A DNA stretch of 64,000 nt. Origin: Spirochaetota bacterium (GTDB lineage Bacteria > Spirochaetota > UBA4802 > JAFGDQ01). Positions 19,475-29,781 of this stretch are shown one piece after another; position 1 is the first letter of the stretch, and each line of letters begins with the position of its first letter. The notes beneath the pieces are model-generated. The model did not search any database. It saw nothing but the letters and a program-made list of their open reading frames with translations, and had not been told where the DNA came from. The position numbers and the translations under genes were made by a program. The DNA lies in contig JAZDKB010000043.1 in assembly GCA_043803405.1 (NCBI GenBank), positions 22,143-86,142 of the forward strand, read 5' to 3'.

Positions 19475-20224
19475 GTGAATGATATGAATAACGGAAAAAA
19501 TAAAAAAGTCCTTAAGCTTGATGCGCTCGTTAAATCATATAAAAAACACAGAGTTGTGGATAATATCGGTTTTGAAATTTCCCAGGGAGAGGTAGTCGGG
19601 CTTCTGGGGCCTAACGGAGCAGGAAAGACAACAACGTTTTACATGGTTGTGGGGCTGGTTAAACCGGACTCCGGTAAAATATATATCGATAAATCCGACA
19701 TTACTCATCTTCCGATGTATAAAAGGGCAAGACACGGCATAGGCTATCTGCCCCAGGAGGATTCGGTGTTCAGGAAACTTACGGTATCGCAAAATCTGGA
19801 ATTAATACTGGAGATGCAGAACCTGACAAAAGAAGAGATTGCCGACAAAAAAAACATGCTGCTGAAAGACCTGTCAATTGAGCATGTAAAAGATCAGAAA
19901 GCGTTTACGCTTTCGGGCGGAGAGCGAAGACGCACTGAGATCGCCAGAACGCTTGCAACAACGCCGGACTTTCTGCTGCTTGACGAGCCCTTTGCTGGCG
20001 TTGATCCGATAGCTGTTGCCGATATTCAGAGCATAATCTACTCCATAAAAAAGCGGAATATCGGAGTGCTTATTACGGATCATAATGTGAGAGAAACGCT
20101 CAGTATTACCGACAGGTCATATATTATGTTTAAAGGCGAAGTTCTAATAAGCGGCAAGTCGGATAAACTAATTAAAAGCAAAAAAGCAAGAGAAATATAT
20201 CTTGGTGAAAAATTTTCAATGTGA
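19475..20224 (+). CDS. lptB: LPS export ABC transporter ATP-binding protein
   Basis: GPNGAGKTT, LSGGERRR, DEPFAGVDP, ITDHNVRETL. Confidence 0.95.
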   Translation: MNDMNNGKNKKVLKLDALVKSYKKHRVVDNIGFEISQGEVVGLLGPNGAGKTTTFYMVVGLVKPDSGKIYIDKSDITHLPMYKRARHGIGYLPQEDSVFRKLTVSQNLELILEMQNLTKEEIADKKNMLLKDLSIEHVKDQKAFTLSGGERRRTEIARTLATTPDFLLLDEPFAGVDPIAVADIQSIIYSIKKRNIGVLITDHNVRETLSITDRSYIMFKGEVLISGKSDKLIKSKKAREIYLGEKFSM

Positions 20225-20369
20225 TGCAATATTAATTATTAGGGAACCTTAAAAAATCAGGTAAAAAACCTGATTTTTACACAGATTTGTTCCCAAATGG
20301 TTACATCAAAATTTAATTTTTAGAGGTAACCAGTATTAAAATTTACGGATAAGCGATATCGGGATACTA

Positions 20370-21797
20370 ATGGACTTATCTGCAAAAACAAGTTTAAAAC
20401 AGACTGGAAAAACGGTTTTAACCCGCCAGCTTTTACAGTCAATCGGGATGCTTCAGCTTTCCAATGTTGAACTAGCTGAAAAAATTGCATCTGAGCTGAT
20501 AGAAAACCCCATTCTCGAAGAAGATGCCGAGAACCTCCCTGAATCCGATAATGATGAAAATAAAGTATCAACTGTCGACAAAGAATTAAGCGGAGATGAA
20601 TCATCGTTTACCACAAAAGAAGACTGGGACCAGACATACATTGATAAAAACATGCCGTACGATTCGTACGACGACGAAAAGAAACGAAGCTTCATCGAAA
20701 ATGCCGTTGCTCAGAAAGAAACACTTAAAGAGCATTTAACAGAACAAGCAAGCCTGATAGCAAAAGACGAATCGGAATTCCAGCTTTTTGAAATGATCAT
20801 TACTTCGCTGGATGATAACGGCTTTTTGACCACAAGGCCTGAGGAAATTGCAGAAGCAGGTTCATTTTCACATGAGAATGTAATAGAAGCAATTTTTGTT
20901 ATTAATTATCTGGACCCTGTTGGCTGCGGCGTGGCAAATGTAAATGATTCATTAATAATTCAGACCATGCATGTTTATCCGGATGATGATATTTTGCTAA
21001 AAATATTAAAAGATTATTTTCTTGATCTTGAAAAACTGAATTATGAAAAAATAGCTTCAGCCCTGGGCATTACATCCGCTGAAGTGATAAGGAAAAGCAG
21101 GCTTGTTCATAACCTTGATCCGTTCCCCGGATTAAAATATTCGTCAAAAAAAACAAGGTATATTATTCCGGATGTCGACGTAAGGTACATGGACGGCGAA
21201 ATTATAATCGCAATGAACGATGACTGGATACCGAAAATAAAAATAAATTCATATTATAAAAATATTCTTAAAAAAAAATCGATTGATGCAAAGCTTTCGG
21301 ACTATTTAAAAAACAAAATGCAGTCTGCAAACAATCTGCTTAGCAGCATTGCAAACAGGAAGGCTACCATTGTTAAAGTAATAAGCGCAGTAATGGAACA
21401 CCAGCGCGACTTTTTAATTAACGGTTCAGGTCATTTGAAACCCCTGGTTTACACAGATATTGCTCGGGAGGTAGGGTTGCATGAATCGACTATCAGCAGG
21501 ACAGCAAATAATAAATTTGCCCAGACGCCGTGGGGGGTCTTTGAACTGAAACACTTTTTTGTTTCAAAACTGAAGTCGCAAAATACAGCCGACCATTCCT
21601 CGGAAGAAGTTATGAATATAATAAAAGGAATCATCGCGAATGAAGATCCGGAAAATCCTGTATCCGATCTGCAAATATACAATCAATTGAATAGAAAAGG
21701 CATAAATATTGCCAGAAGAACAATTGCCAAGTACAGAAATAGTCTAAATATTTCTTCATCAAATATCCGTAAAAAACTAAATTTAATTAAATCTTAA
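20370..21797 (+). CDS. rpoN: RNA polymerase sigma-54 factor
   Basis: LQLSNVEL...ENP, HESTISR, RpoN box ARRTIAKYR. Confidence 0.95.
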   Translation: MDLSAKTSLKQTGKTVLTRQLLQSIGMLQLSNVELAEKIASELIENPILEEDAENLPESDNDENKVSTVDKELSGDESSFTTKEDWDQTYIDKNMPYDSYDDEKKRSFIENAVAQKETLKEHLTEQASLIAKDESEFQLFEMIITSLDDNGFLTTRPEEIAEAGSFSHENVIEAIFVINYLDPVGCGVANVNDSLIIQTMHVYPDDDILLKILKDYFLDLEKLNYEKIASALGITSAEVIRKSRLVHNLDPFPGLKYSSKKTRYIIPDVDVRYMDGEIIIAMNDDWIPKIKINSYYKNILKKKSIDAKLSDYLKNKMQSANNLLSSIANRKATIVKVISAVMEHQRDFLINGSGHLKPLVYTDIAREVGLHESTISRTANNKFAQTPWGVFELKHFFVSKLKSQNTADHSSEEVMNIIKGIIANEDPENPVSDLQIYNQLNRKGINIARRTIAKYRNSLNISSSNIRKKLNLIKS

Positions 21798-21818
21798 ACC
21801 AATTAAAACGGAGGAAGC

Positions 21819-22598
21819 ATGAATATCAAAATTAAAGGCAGACATTTTGATGTCTCGGAAGAATTATCAGAGTATACATTGAAAAAATTTTCAAGACTTG
21901 AAAAATATTTCCATAAACTTATAGATACGGAAATTATAATGTCTATGGAAAAACATAATCATGTAATCGAAGCAGTTATTAATGGCGATGGAATGAAGTT
22001 TTTCGGAACTGAGAAAGCTTCCGATATGTATTCGGCTATTGACATGCTCATCAAAAATATGGAGAAGCAGGTTGTAAAACATAAAGAAAAACATTCCGCA
22101 CATAAAGCGCAACCGCTTAAAAATAATGTGCAGGCTGAATCTCCGCAAAATCAGATTGAAGTTATTTATAATCTGGCCGCGAACAGGCCAAAGGACGAAG
22201 TTGAAGCATTTCTGGAGATGAGAGTCGACAACAGGGATTTTATTCTTTTTAATAAGAATTTAAAAGATAACATAAACAGTTATAACGTCCTTTACAAAAC
22301 AGGGAACGGATTTAAAATGGCCGAGTTGCCGAAAAAAATAAAAAAAGAAGAAAAAATTGAAGCTGAACATCTGATGGAATTCGACTTCATTGTACGTAAG
22401 GATTCGTCCACTAATCCGGAAATTGAATTAAAAAAATGCAAGAGTAAAACAATAAAATGCATGGAAATAAATAATGCCATTAAGGAAATAAGCGAATCCG
22501 CCGTGAATTTTGTTCCGTTTTTTAATAGTGAAACAAATGTGTTTAATATAATTTACAAAAATAAGGATGCCATAGAAGTAATTATTCCTCCAGCATAA
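21819..22598 (+). CDS. hpf: Ribosome hibernation promoting factor (long HPF/RaiA) with extended C-terminus
   Basis: MNIKIKGRH...DMYSAID...KQVVKHKEK; downstream of rpoN. Confidence 0.85.
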   Translation: MNIKIKGRHFDVSEELSEYTLKKFSRLEKYFHKLIDTEIIMSMEKHNHVIEAVINGDGMKFFGTEKASDMYSAIDMLIKNMEKQVVKHKEKHSAHKAQPLKNNVQAESPQNQIEVIYNLAANRPKDEVEAFLEMRVDNRDFILFNKNLKDNINSYNVLYKTGNGFKMAELPKKIKKEEKIEAEHLMEFDFIVRKDSSTNPEIELKKCKSKTIKCMEINNAIKEISESAVNFVPFFNSETNVFNIIYKNKDAIEVIIPPA

Positions 22599-22618
22599 AT
22601 AAAATATGAGTTTCCATA

Positions 22619-22650
22619 ATCAGCCCGCAGCTGCACAACTGCGGGCTGAT
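22619..22650 (+). terminator. Terminator-like GC hairpin after hpf
   Basis: ATCAGCCCGCAG-CTGCACAA-CTGCGGGCTGAT; weak U tract. Confidence 0.6.
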
Positions 22651-22874
22651 ATTAATCTGACTTTAAAATAAAAAAATTGATTTGCTTTCTTCATAAAAAT
22701 CGATGAAATAACAACTTTTTTATTTATTGCTTTTATTTGACTGTTCCCTGTAATTAAATAATTTAATTTGTTGAAAATAAATATAAATGAGAGATATTGC
22801 CTTTGCTGTATTATTATTCTTTGTAAAGAATACCCGACTGGTTACATAAATAATTGATATTAAGGTACCTTGGT

Positions 22875-25800
22875 ATGCAGATAGGGATTGATGCAGGGAC
22901 TAAATTTTTAAAAATCGTTTATACCGATAAAAACGGGATTATTCCCCACGTGTATTGTCAGCATTTCGGAAATCCCGAAAAAGAAGTCACTAGCCTTCTT
23001 AAGGATAAAGAATTTTCTGATATTGAACGAATAGTATTTTCAGGCGCTCACGCTGGTCTGCTCGCACAGGCTCATAAAAACGCGGAAACTGCAGATGAAA
23101 TCTCGGCTATAATCGAATGTGTTAATTACCTGAACATAAAGTGCAGATATATTGTCAACGTTGGTTCAGGCTCAATAAAACTGATCGAACTGGATGACAG
23201 GGGCAGCTTCTCATCATACTTGGAAAATTCGCTCTGCGCGGCCGGCACAGGGTCCTTCCTTGACGAACAGATGCATAGAATGAATTTTTCCTACAAGGAC
23301 ATTGAAACAATGCCCTTTATAAAAGACGTTCCGGACGTGGCGACTCGATGCGCTGTTTTCGCAAAATCCGATCTCATTCACAGACAGCAGGAAGGCTACA
23401 GCAGAGAGGAGATGTGGTCAGGACTATGCAAAGGCGTTGCTGCTACAATGCTTCAGTCTGTTTTTAAAGGCAATACCCCATCCGAAGAAACATTATTCTG
23501 CGGAGGACTTTTCCTTAATCCGATTGTAAAAATATGGGTGAAAGATACGGTAAAAAATGCAGTATTTAACGATAACGGCCATTTTTTTTCCGCAGTCGGA
23601 TCAGTTATTCTGAACGGAAAAAAGAAACGTAATAATAATTCGATTCAAGTCCGGATAAAAGATTCAAATAAAAAAACCGAGCTTCGGCCTATTGAATTAA
23701 AATATTCAAATCCGGTAAGCTTTACCGCAAAGAAAGAATATTTCTTCAATGATCTTGAAGTGAGGATACACAAAGAACCTGGGATAAAGGCGGACATATC
23801 TCTGGGAATAGATATCGGTTCTACGAGCACAAAACTTATAGCGATTGAAGCAAAAACGCAGGATGTGCTGATCGACATATACGGGCGTACAAAAGGAAAC
23901 CCGGTAGAAGCAACAAGAATTCTCTTTAATGAACTGAGCGATATTCTCGGCATCTGGGCGGGCACAGATGTCCGCAGCAGGGCATACGAGAAAAAACCGG
24001 GCGATTCGCGTTTTAATGTTGTGAGCGCAGGCACAACCGGATCGGGCCGAAAGCTGATCGGTAAAATTATAGGCGCGGACATTATTACAAATGAAATTAC
24101 AGCTCATTACAAAGGAGCCGCTTTCTTTAATCCTACCATAGAAACAATTTTCGAAATAGGAGGACAGGACTCCAAATATATAAGGGCAAAAAACGGCCAT
24201 GTTGTGGACTGTAACATGAATTTCGTATGCGCGGCCGGGACCGGATCTTTCATAGAAGAGCAGGCGCAAAGACTGGGTTTCAATGTCCGCGAAATAGGCG
24301 ATCTTGTGCTAGGCATTACGCCTCCGCATACATCCGACAGATGCACGGTTTTTATGGAGCAGGATATCAACAAGCTCCTTAGAAACGGATATACAAGGGA
24401 AGAAGTGCTTGCCGGAATTATAAGATCAATCTGTAAAAATTACCTGAACAGGGTAGTGGGTTCAAGGCCTGTTACAGGAGACAGGATTTTTTTTCAGGGT
24501 GCTACTGCCAGAAACAAAGGGCTGGCTGCCGTATTCGAGTCCATTCTGCAAAAGGAAATAATAGTGTCACCGCATTGCCACGTGATGGGCGCTTTCGGAG
24601 CTGCAATATTATCTCTGGATCGCGTTCAGCGCAGAGAAACATTTTTCAGAGGGCTGGATATATTCGAACAGAAAATAGAGCTCGAATATACCAGGTGCGA
24701 TAAATGCGCCAACTTATGTAAAATTACAACAGCAAAATACGACCGGGGACTCAGCAGCTCATGGGGATTCATGTGCGGAAAGGAATCACTGGAAGAAAAA
24801 AAGCCTGAGTACTCTACCGATCATTTTAGAAAAGCGTCCGGTCTAACCATTAAACCCGGAAGAAGACCGGCTGAAGAACCGGAAACAAAAAAAATCGGCA
24901 TACCGTTTACTCTTTCAATGCACAATTATCTGCCGCTGTGGAGGACATTCCTTGATGAGCTTGGTTTTGAGGCAGTCATTTCCGGGCAATCCACTCATGA
25001 ATTAAAAGAAAAAGGCATACGCCTTTCGAAGTCCGATTTTTGTTTTCCGGTAAAGTTAAGCCTCGCTCATTTTCACGACCTTGCTGACCGCCGGGATATT
25101 GATGCAATATTTTATCCGGCTATATTAAGCGAAAAAAAACAGGATAACTCCATGCCGCGCATGTTTTGTCCGTACGTAATTGCATATCCATCACTTGCAA
25201 AGGAAAGCCTTGCTGTTTCCAAAAAAATTATTTCACCATCTATCGATTTCAGGCAAAATAGCGATCAAATTATCAATACTCTTTATAACAGTTTTAAAAG
25301 CTATAATTTAGATAAACCCCGGATTTTAAATGCATATAATAAGGGAATAGAAAATTATAATGAGTATTTGAAGAAAAAGCATGAATACGGCAATGTTATA
25401 TTAACAGACATAACTCAGGTAAACAAAATAAGAGACAGAAAAAAGACCGGCATTGTATGCATCGGCAGGCCGTATAATCTTTATGATAAGGTTATAAACC
25501 TGGGACTGACCGAAAGCTTAAGGAAAATGAATATAGTCGTTTTTCCTTATGAATTCCTTATTGATCCGGAAGGCGATAATCCTGCGGTTGATTATATGTA
25601 CTGGAATTACGGTGAAAAGATTTTATCAGTCGCGGAAAGGATAAGATGGATCGATAATATCTATCCCGTATATTTTACAAATTTTTCATGCGGGCCGGAT
25701 TCATTCGTGCTGAGCCGGTTTGAAGAGATCATGGCAGGAAAGCCTTATCTTATTATAGAGCTCGACGAGCACGGCTCGGAAACCGGATACCTGACGCGCA

Positions 25801-27107
25801 TTGAGGCTTTCATGGATGTTATCCTGGAAAAGGACAGAAAGAATACTACAGAAAGAAAGTCTGCAAAGCATTTCAGCAAATCATGGAAGCAGAAAGAAAG
25901 AAAAATATGGTTCCCGCCCATGTTCGAGATCGCACCCAGATTTTTTGCAGCCGCATTCAGAGCATGGGGTTTTGACGCGGAAGCGCTTCCGACAGAGAAC
26001 GAGGAAGCATACGAATTCGGCAGGCAAAATACGCGCGGAAGCGAGTGCCTGCCCGCATGCTCAACAATCGGAGTATTCCTGCAAAAGCTGAAAAAGCTCA
26101 ACTCCGATCCTTCAAAACATGCTCTCTTTATGCCGACAGCCGAGGGCCCGTGCAGATTCGGACAGTATGCCATGCTGCACAGAAGCATACTCGACAAAAA
26201 CGGCTTTAAAGAAACTGAAATATTTTCGCCGACTTCAATGAATTCGTACATGGGCATGGGCGGTGATTTAAGGCGATATCTTCTGGATATAATAATGTCC
26301 GGTGACATATTGACCAAGCTTGTGCATAAAACGCGGCCTTATGAAATAAATAAAAACGATACGGACAGGCTTTTGGAAGAAATCTTAATGCAGATGGAAT
26401 CAGTTATCGAGAAGAAGGGCGATCTGTTAAAATCAACGGCAGATGCACTAAAAAGGCTTTCACTCATTCCCGTCTTCCCGGAGAAAAAGCCGCTTGTGGG
26501 AATTGTAGGTGAAATTTATGTCAGATCGAATCCGTTCTGTAACAACAATGTGATCCGCTTCATTGAAGAAAGCGGCGGTGAAGTATGGCTTGCTCCGTTC
26601 TCGGAATGGGTTATTTATACTGCCTGGATGGAAAGATATTTTGCCCGCATTAATAAGAACGGTTTTTTCAGCAGATTAGGAATAAACATTAAAACAAATT
26701 ATATGATAAAAAGGATGCACGATTTTGAAAATTCCCTGAGACAATATATTCCGGACAGGATAGAGCCTCCAATGGAGGAAGTACTGGATAAAGGCAAAGA
26801 ATATGTGCCTATTGAATTTGAAGGAGAAACAATACTTACAATAGGAAGAGTGATTAAATTTTTCGAAAGCGGAACCGATATTATTGTGAATTGCGCGCCT
26901 TTCGGATGCATGCCCGGAAATATTACTACATCGATATTTCATAATATCAGAAAAAAATACAATAAGCCTATAATTAACTTATTCTATGACGGAGAAAGCG
27001 ACGTAAACAGAATAATTAAAATTTATCTCAGCAATATTAAAAACGGGGATATAGCTGAACTGCCGCTGCTTGCAGGCAAACAGGTATCATTGACAAATAT
27101 AAACTAA
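22875..27107 (+). CDS. Fused 2-hydroxyacyl-CoA dehydratase activase protein (two ASKHA/BadF-like domains plus DUF2229 and dehydratase-like regions)
   Basis: GIDAG/GIDIGSTS, two CAAGTGSF, RCAVFA/RCTVFM, FSCGPDS, GPCRFG, PFGCMP. Confidence 0.88.
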   Translation: MQIGIDAGTKFLKIVYTDKNGIIPHVYCQHFGNPEKEVTSLLKDKEFSDIERIVFSGAHAGLLAQAHKNAETADEISAIIECVNYLNIKCRYIVNVGSGSIKLIELDDRGSFSSYLENSLCAAGTGSFLDEQMHRMNFSYKDIETMPFIKDVPDVATRCAVFAKSDLIHRQQEGYSREEMWSGLCKGVAATMLQSVFKGNTPSEETLFCGGLFLNPIVKIWVKDTVKNAVFNDNGHFFSAVGSVILNGKKKRNNNSIQVRIKDSNKKTELRPIELKYSNPVSFTAKKEYFFNDLEVRIHKEPGIKADISLGIDIGSTSTKLIAIEAKTQDVLIDIYGRTKGNPVEATRILFNELSDILGIWAGTDVRSRAYEKKPGDSRFNVVSAGTTGSGRKLIGKIIGADIITNEITAHYKGAAFFNPTIETIFEIGGQDSKYIRAKNGHVVDCNMNFVCAAGTGSFIEEQAQRLGFNVREIGDLVLGITPPHTSDRCTVFMEQDINKLLRNGYTREEVLAGIIRSICKNYLNRVVGSRPVTGDRIFFQGATARNKGLAAVFESILQKEIIVSPHCHVMGAFGAAILSLDRVQRRETFFRGLDIFEQKIELEYTRCDKCANLCKITTAKYDRGLSSSWGFMCGKESLEEKKPEYSTDHFRKASGLTIKPGRRPAEEPETKKIGIPFTLSMHNYLPLWRTFLDELGFEAVISGQSTHELKEKGIRLSKSDFCFPVKLSLAHFHDLADRRDIDAIFYPAILSEKKQDNSMPRMFCPYVIAYPSLAKESLAVSKKIISPSIDFRQNSDQIINTLYNSFKSYNLDKPRILNAYNKGIENYNEYLKKKHEYGNVILTDITQVNKIRDRKKTGIVCIGRPYNLYDKVINLGLTESLRKMNIVVFPYEFLIDPEGDNPAVDYMYWNYGEKILSVAERIRWIDNIYPVYFTNFSCGPDSFVLSRFEEIMAGKPYLIIELDEHGSETGYLTRIEAFMDVILEKDRKNTTERKSAKHFSKSWKQKERKIWFPPMFEIAPRFFAAAFRAWGFDAEALPTENEEAYEFGRQNTRGSECLPACSTIGVFLQKLKKLNSDPSKHALFMPTAEGPCRFGQYAMLHRSILDKNGFKETEIFSPTSMNSYMGMGGDLRRYLLDIIMSGDILTKLVHKTRPYEINKNDTDRLLEEILMQMESVIEKKGDLLKSTADALKRLSLIPVFPEKKPLVGIVGEIYVRSNPFCNNNVIRFIEESGGEVWLAPFSEWVIYTAWMERYFARINKNGFFSRLGINIKTNYMIKRMHDFENSLRQYIPDRIEPPMEEVLDKGKEYVPIEFEGETILTIGRVIKFFESGTDIIVNCAPFGCMPGNITTSIFHNIRKKYNKPIINLFYDGESDVNRIIKIYLSNIKNGDIAELPLLAGKQVSLTNIN

Positions 27108-27142
27108 TATTCTAAAAAATTTTTTACCGGAAGGCGATAAAT

Positions 27143-28336
27143 ATGAGCCAATATGTAGATTTAAAAAAAATAGAACGAAAACTGGAAACAGTTGAGCCTC
27201 TGGATAAAGCCTTATCGATCCTTAAGGAAAAGACACATGGTCTTATTCTTTATATAAAAAATGACATTGAAAAAAATGTAATTCAAATAACCAATATACT
27301 TGAAGATAACAGCATTATTATTATTACGGATCCTAATTACCAGCCGGAAGGCAACATTATAACCATTTACGGTTTGCTTGATAAATACATCGAAATTCAT
27401 CTTGATATAAATGAAACACAGGGCCCGGGCGTATTCAAATGCAAAGTTAAACAATTTAAAAGAGCTGTGGAAGTAAGAAAGGAGTTAAGGCTCAGGGTTA
27501 AGCCGGAACAGGTAATTGCTTCAGGCTTTATGGTATCGAAACACGCTATTGACATTACAACCTATAAAATACCTACAACAATTAAAGTTCTGCTGGATCA
27601 GTTCCATTCCAGCAATCTTCATATGAGCGATGTTGTTAAAGTCGATGTTTTTGATAAGAGCGATTCTATTCTTGAAAATATCAGGAAACAGCAAAAAATA
27701 TTTTTTGTCGAAGATATTAATAATCCCGAAACATTTCAATCAACTTCCGAAGACATAATTAATATTCATGAATTGCTGGGAGAGAATTTGCCCGGCTACA
27801 TAAGGAAGAATATTGAAAAAGGATATAAATCGGTTATTATTGCGCCAATTGTTTACATAATGGATTCGGGAGCCCCTGTTTCATTCGCATATTTACAGTT
27901 GATTTCCAAGTCCAGACTATTTACATTGAATGATATCGAAGAAATAAAAAAAATGCTGGGAAAGCTTGTGAACAGGATCAAGGACGCCAATACTGTTTTA
28001 ATACAGACAAATCAGGAGATCGTAAATTTAAGCAAATCCGGGGCAAAATTATATATTACAGACGAAGAGTTAAAGAAACATCTTCAAAGCACAAAGGGAT
28101 TTATTTTTAACATAGTCTTTAAATTACAGGCGCCGGTCACCATCTATTGTGAGATAAAAAATCTGTACCGTGACGATCATGGGAACCTGTTTGCCGGGAT
28201 CGCGTTTGCCGGCCATTCTTCCAGAAAAAATGAAATGAAAAGATATTATTCTTTCCTTGAACCTATGATTAAAAATTACAAGCAGCAGCTCCTTGAAGCA
28301 AGAAAAAAAACAATCAAACAGCCAGTCAGTAAATGA
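27143..28336 (+). CDS. DUF1577-like PilZN-GAF-PilZ protein (possible c-di-GMP receptor)
   Basis: RKELR (RxxxR) and NLSKSG (D/NxSxxG) PilZ motifs separated by a GAF-like region; FKLQAPVT. Resembles Leptospira DUF1577. Confidence 0.65.
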   Translation: MSQYVDLKKIERKLETVEPLDKALSILKEKTHGLILYIKNDIEKNVIQITNILEDNSIIIITDPNYQPEGNIITIYGLLDKYIEIHLDINETQGPGVFKCKVKQFKRAVEVRKELRLRVKPEQVIASGFMVSKHAIDITTYKIPTTIKVLLDQFHSSNLHMSDVVKVDVFDKSDSILENIRKQQKIFFVEDINNPETFQSTSEDIINIHELLGENLPGYIRKNIEKGYKSVIIAPIVYIMDSGAPVSFAYLQLISKSRLFTLNDIEEIKKMLGKLVNRIKDANTVLIQTNQEIVNLSKSGAKLYITDEELKKHLQSTKGFIFNIVFKLQAPVTIYCEIKNLYRDDHGNLFAGIAFAGHSSRKNEMKRYYSFLEPMIKNYKQQLLEARKKTIKQPVSK

Positions 28337-29136
28337 TAAACACTAATACAGCATTAATAGCAGGCGACGGATCATTGCCATTAATACTTGCACAAAGATT
28401 AAATGACTCCGGCATATTATCGCTTGTAATTGTATTACAGGGCAATACGGAAAGATTCGGATTTATTCAGAAAAATATATTTGAATCCGCTCCCGGAAAA
28501 ATAAAAAATATTATAAATATTTTAAAAAAACATGAAATAAAAAACCTGATAATGATCGGTAAAATAGATAAAAACGCCTTTCTGGAGCGGAAAGGTTTTG
28601 ATCTGAAGGCTTTGAAATTATTGAAGAGCATAAAAAACGGAAACGATATGTCCATTTTTTATGCTGTTGAAAGAGAATTGAAAAATATAGGAGTAGAAAT
28701 TCTTCCTCAGGACTTATATCTTAAAGATCTGCTGGTTAAAAAAGGAGCAATCACCGGCAAAAAACCTTCAAAAAAAGATATGCTGGACGCGCAATTCGGG
28801 CTAAAATATGCGAAACAAATTGCTTCAATGGATATTGGACAGGCAGTTGTCGTAAAAAACCAGGTAATTACAGCAGTAGAGGCGGTGGAGGGATCGGACG
28901 AAACAATCAGGCGCGGGGCCGGTCTTGCCAAAACAGGCTCAGTTGTCTGCAAAGCTGCCAGGGCAAAACAGGATAAAAGATTCGACATACCCGCAGTCGG
29001 GCTTGATACAATAAAACTTATGTTCGAATGCAAGTGCTCATTGCTGGCTCTGGAAGCAGACAGTATTTTCATTGTGAACCCCAAAGAAGTCATTGATTAT
29101 GCAAACTCCAAAAAGATTTCGATCATTGGAATTTAA
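28333..29136 (+). CDS. lpxI: UDP-2,3-diacylglucosamine diphosphatase LpxI
   Basis: LIAGDGSLP, DIGQAVVV, AVEAVEGSD, QDKRFDIP. Confidence 0.9.
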   Translation: MINTNTALIAGDGSLPLILAQRLNDSGILSLVIVLQGNTERFGFIQKNIFESAPGKIKNIINILKKHEIKNLIMIGKIDKNAFLERKGFDLKALKLLKSIKNGNDMSIFYAVERELKNIGVEILPQDLYLKDLLVKKGAITGKKPSKKDMLDAQFGLKYAKQIASMDIGQAVVVKNQVITAVEAVEGSDETIRRGAGLAKTGSVVCKAARAKQDKRFDIPAVGLDTIKLMFECKCSLLALEADSIFIVNPKEVIDYANSKKISIIGI

Positions 29137-29254
29137 AAAACGTTTTACATTTTGTTGTAAAGTCATTTTTTATTTTACCGACATCTATTAGTAGTATCGA
29201 TAAACAAATTCCCGGAACAGACATGCATCATATTAATAATTTTTGGAGATAAAT

Positions 29255-29776
29255 ATGAAAAAAATAATTTTTCTTTCAGTATTTTTAATGGGTTTCTTTT
29301 TCATTTCTAATTCAACAGGGCTGCCTCAAAACGGCAGTTTGCTGATCAATAAAATCAGGCTATTGCCGGAGGACATACCGCAGGGATTTATGTATGGGGT
29401 GATCCCGACTCCCTATAAAACAACATTAAAGGATAATCCGTGGGAATTCGATAAAGCCGCAATAGAAAAGCTTGCGGATAAAATATATCCCGGCGGCGAT
29501 TACAGACAAATATCGGCGATTCATGTAACAATTATTGCCAGAAAAGACAAACCCTATTATGATGATATAGTATGTTATATTATTCAGTTTAAAACCAGTA
29601 AGGCAGCAAGAGACGAGATAAAAAAGATGTCCGACTATGCATCCTATAATCATGACAGAGCGATTCTGCATGTTAAAGATAATTTAGCGGTATTTCTATT
29701 TGCCGATGATGTTAGCAATTTTTTACTTTTAAAAGAACTGGATAAAAAGATAGCAGATAGAATAGAAAAGAGCTAA
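29255..29776 (+). CDS. Hypothetical exported protein
   Basis: Signal peptide MKKIIFLSVFL; GGAG RBS. Confidence 0.65.
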   Translation: MKKIIFLSVFLMGFFFISNSTGLPQNGSLLINKIRLLPEDIPQGFMYGVIPTPYKTTLKDNPWEFDKAAIEKLADKIYPGGDYRQISAIHVTIIARKDKPYYDDIVCYIIQFKTSKAARDEIKKMSDYASYNHDRAILHVKDNLAVFLFADDVSNFLLLKELDKKIADRIEKS

Positions 29777-29781
29777 TTCAA

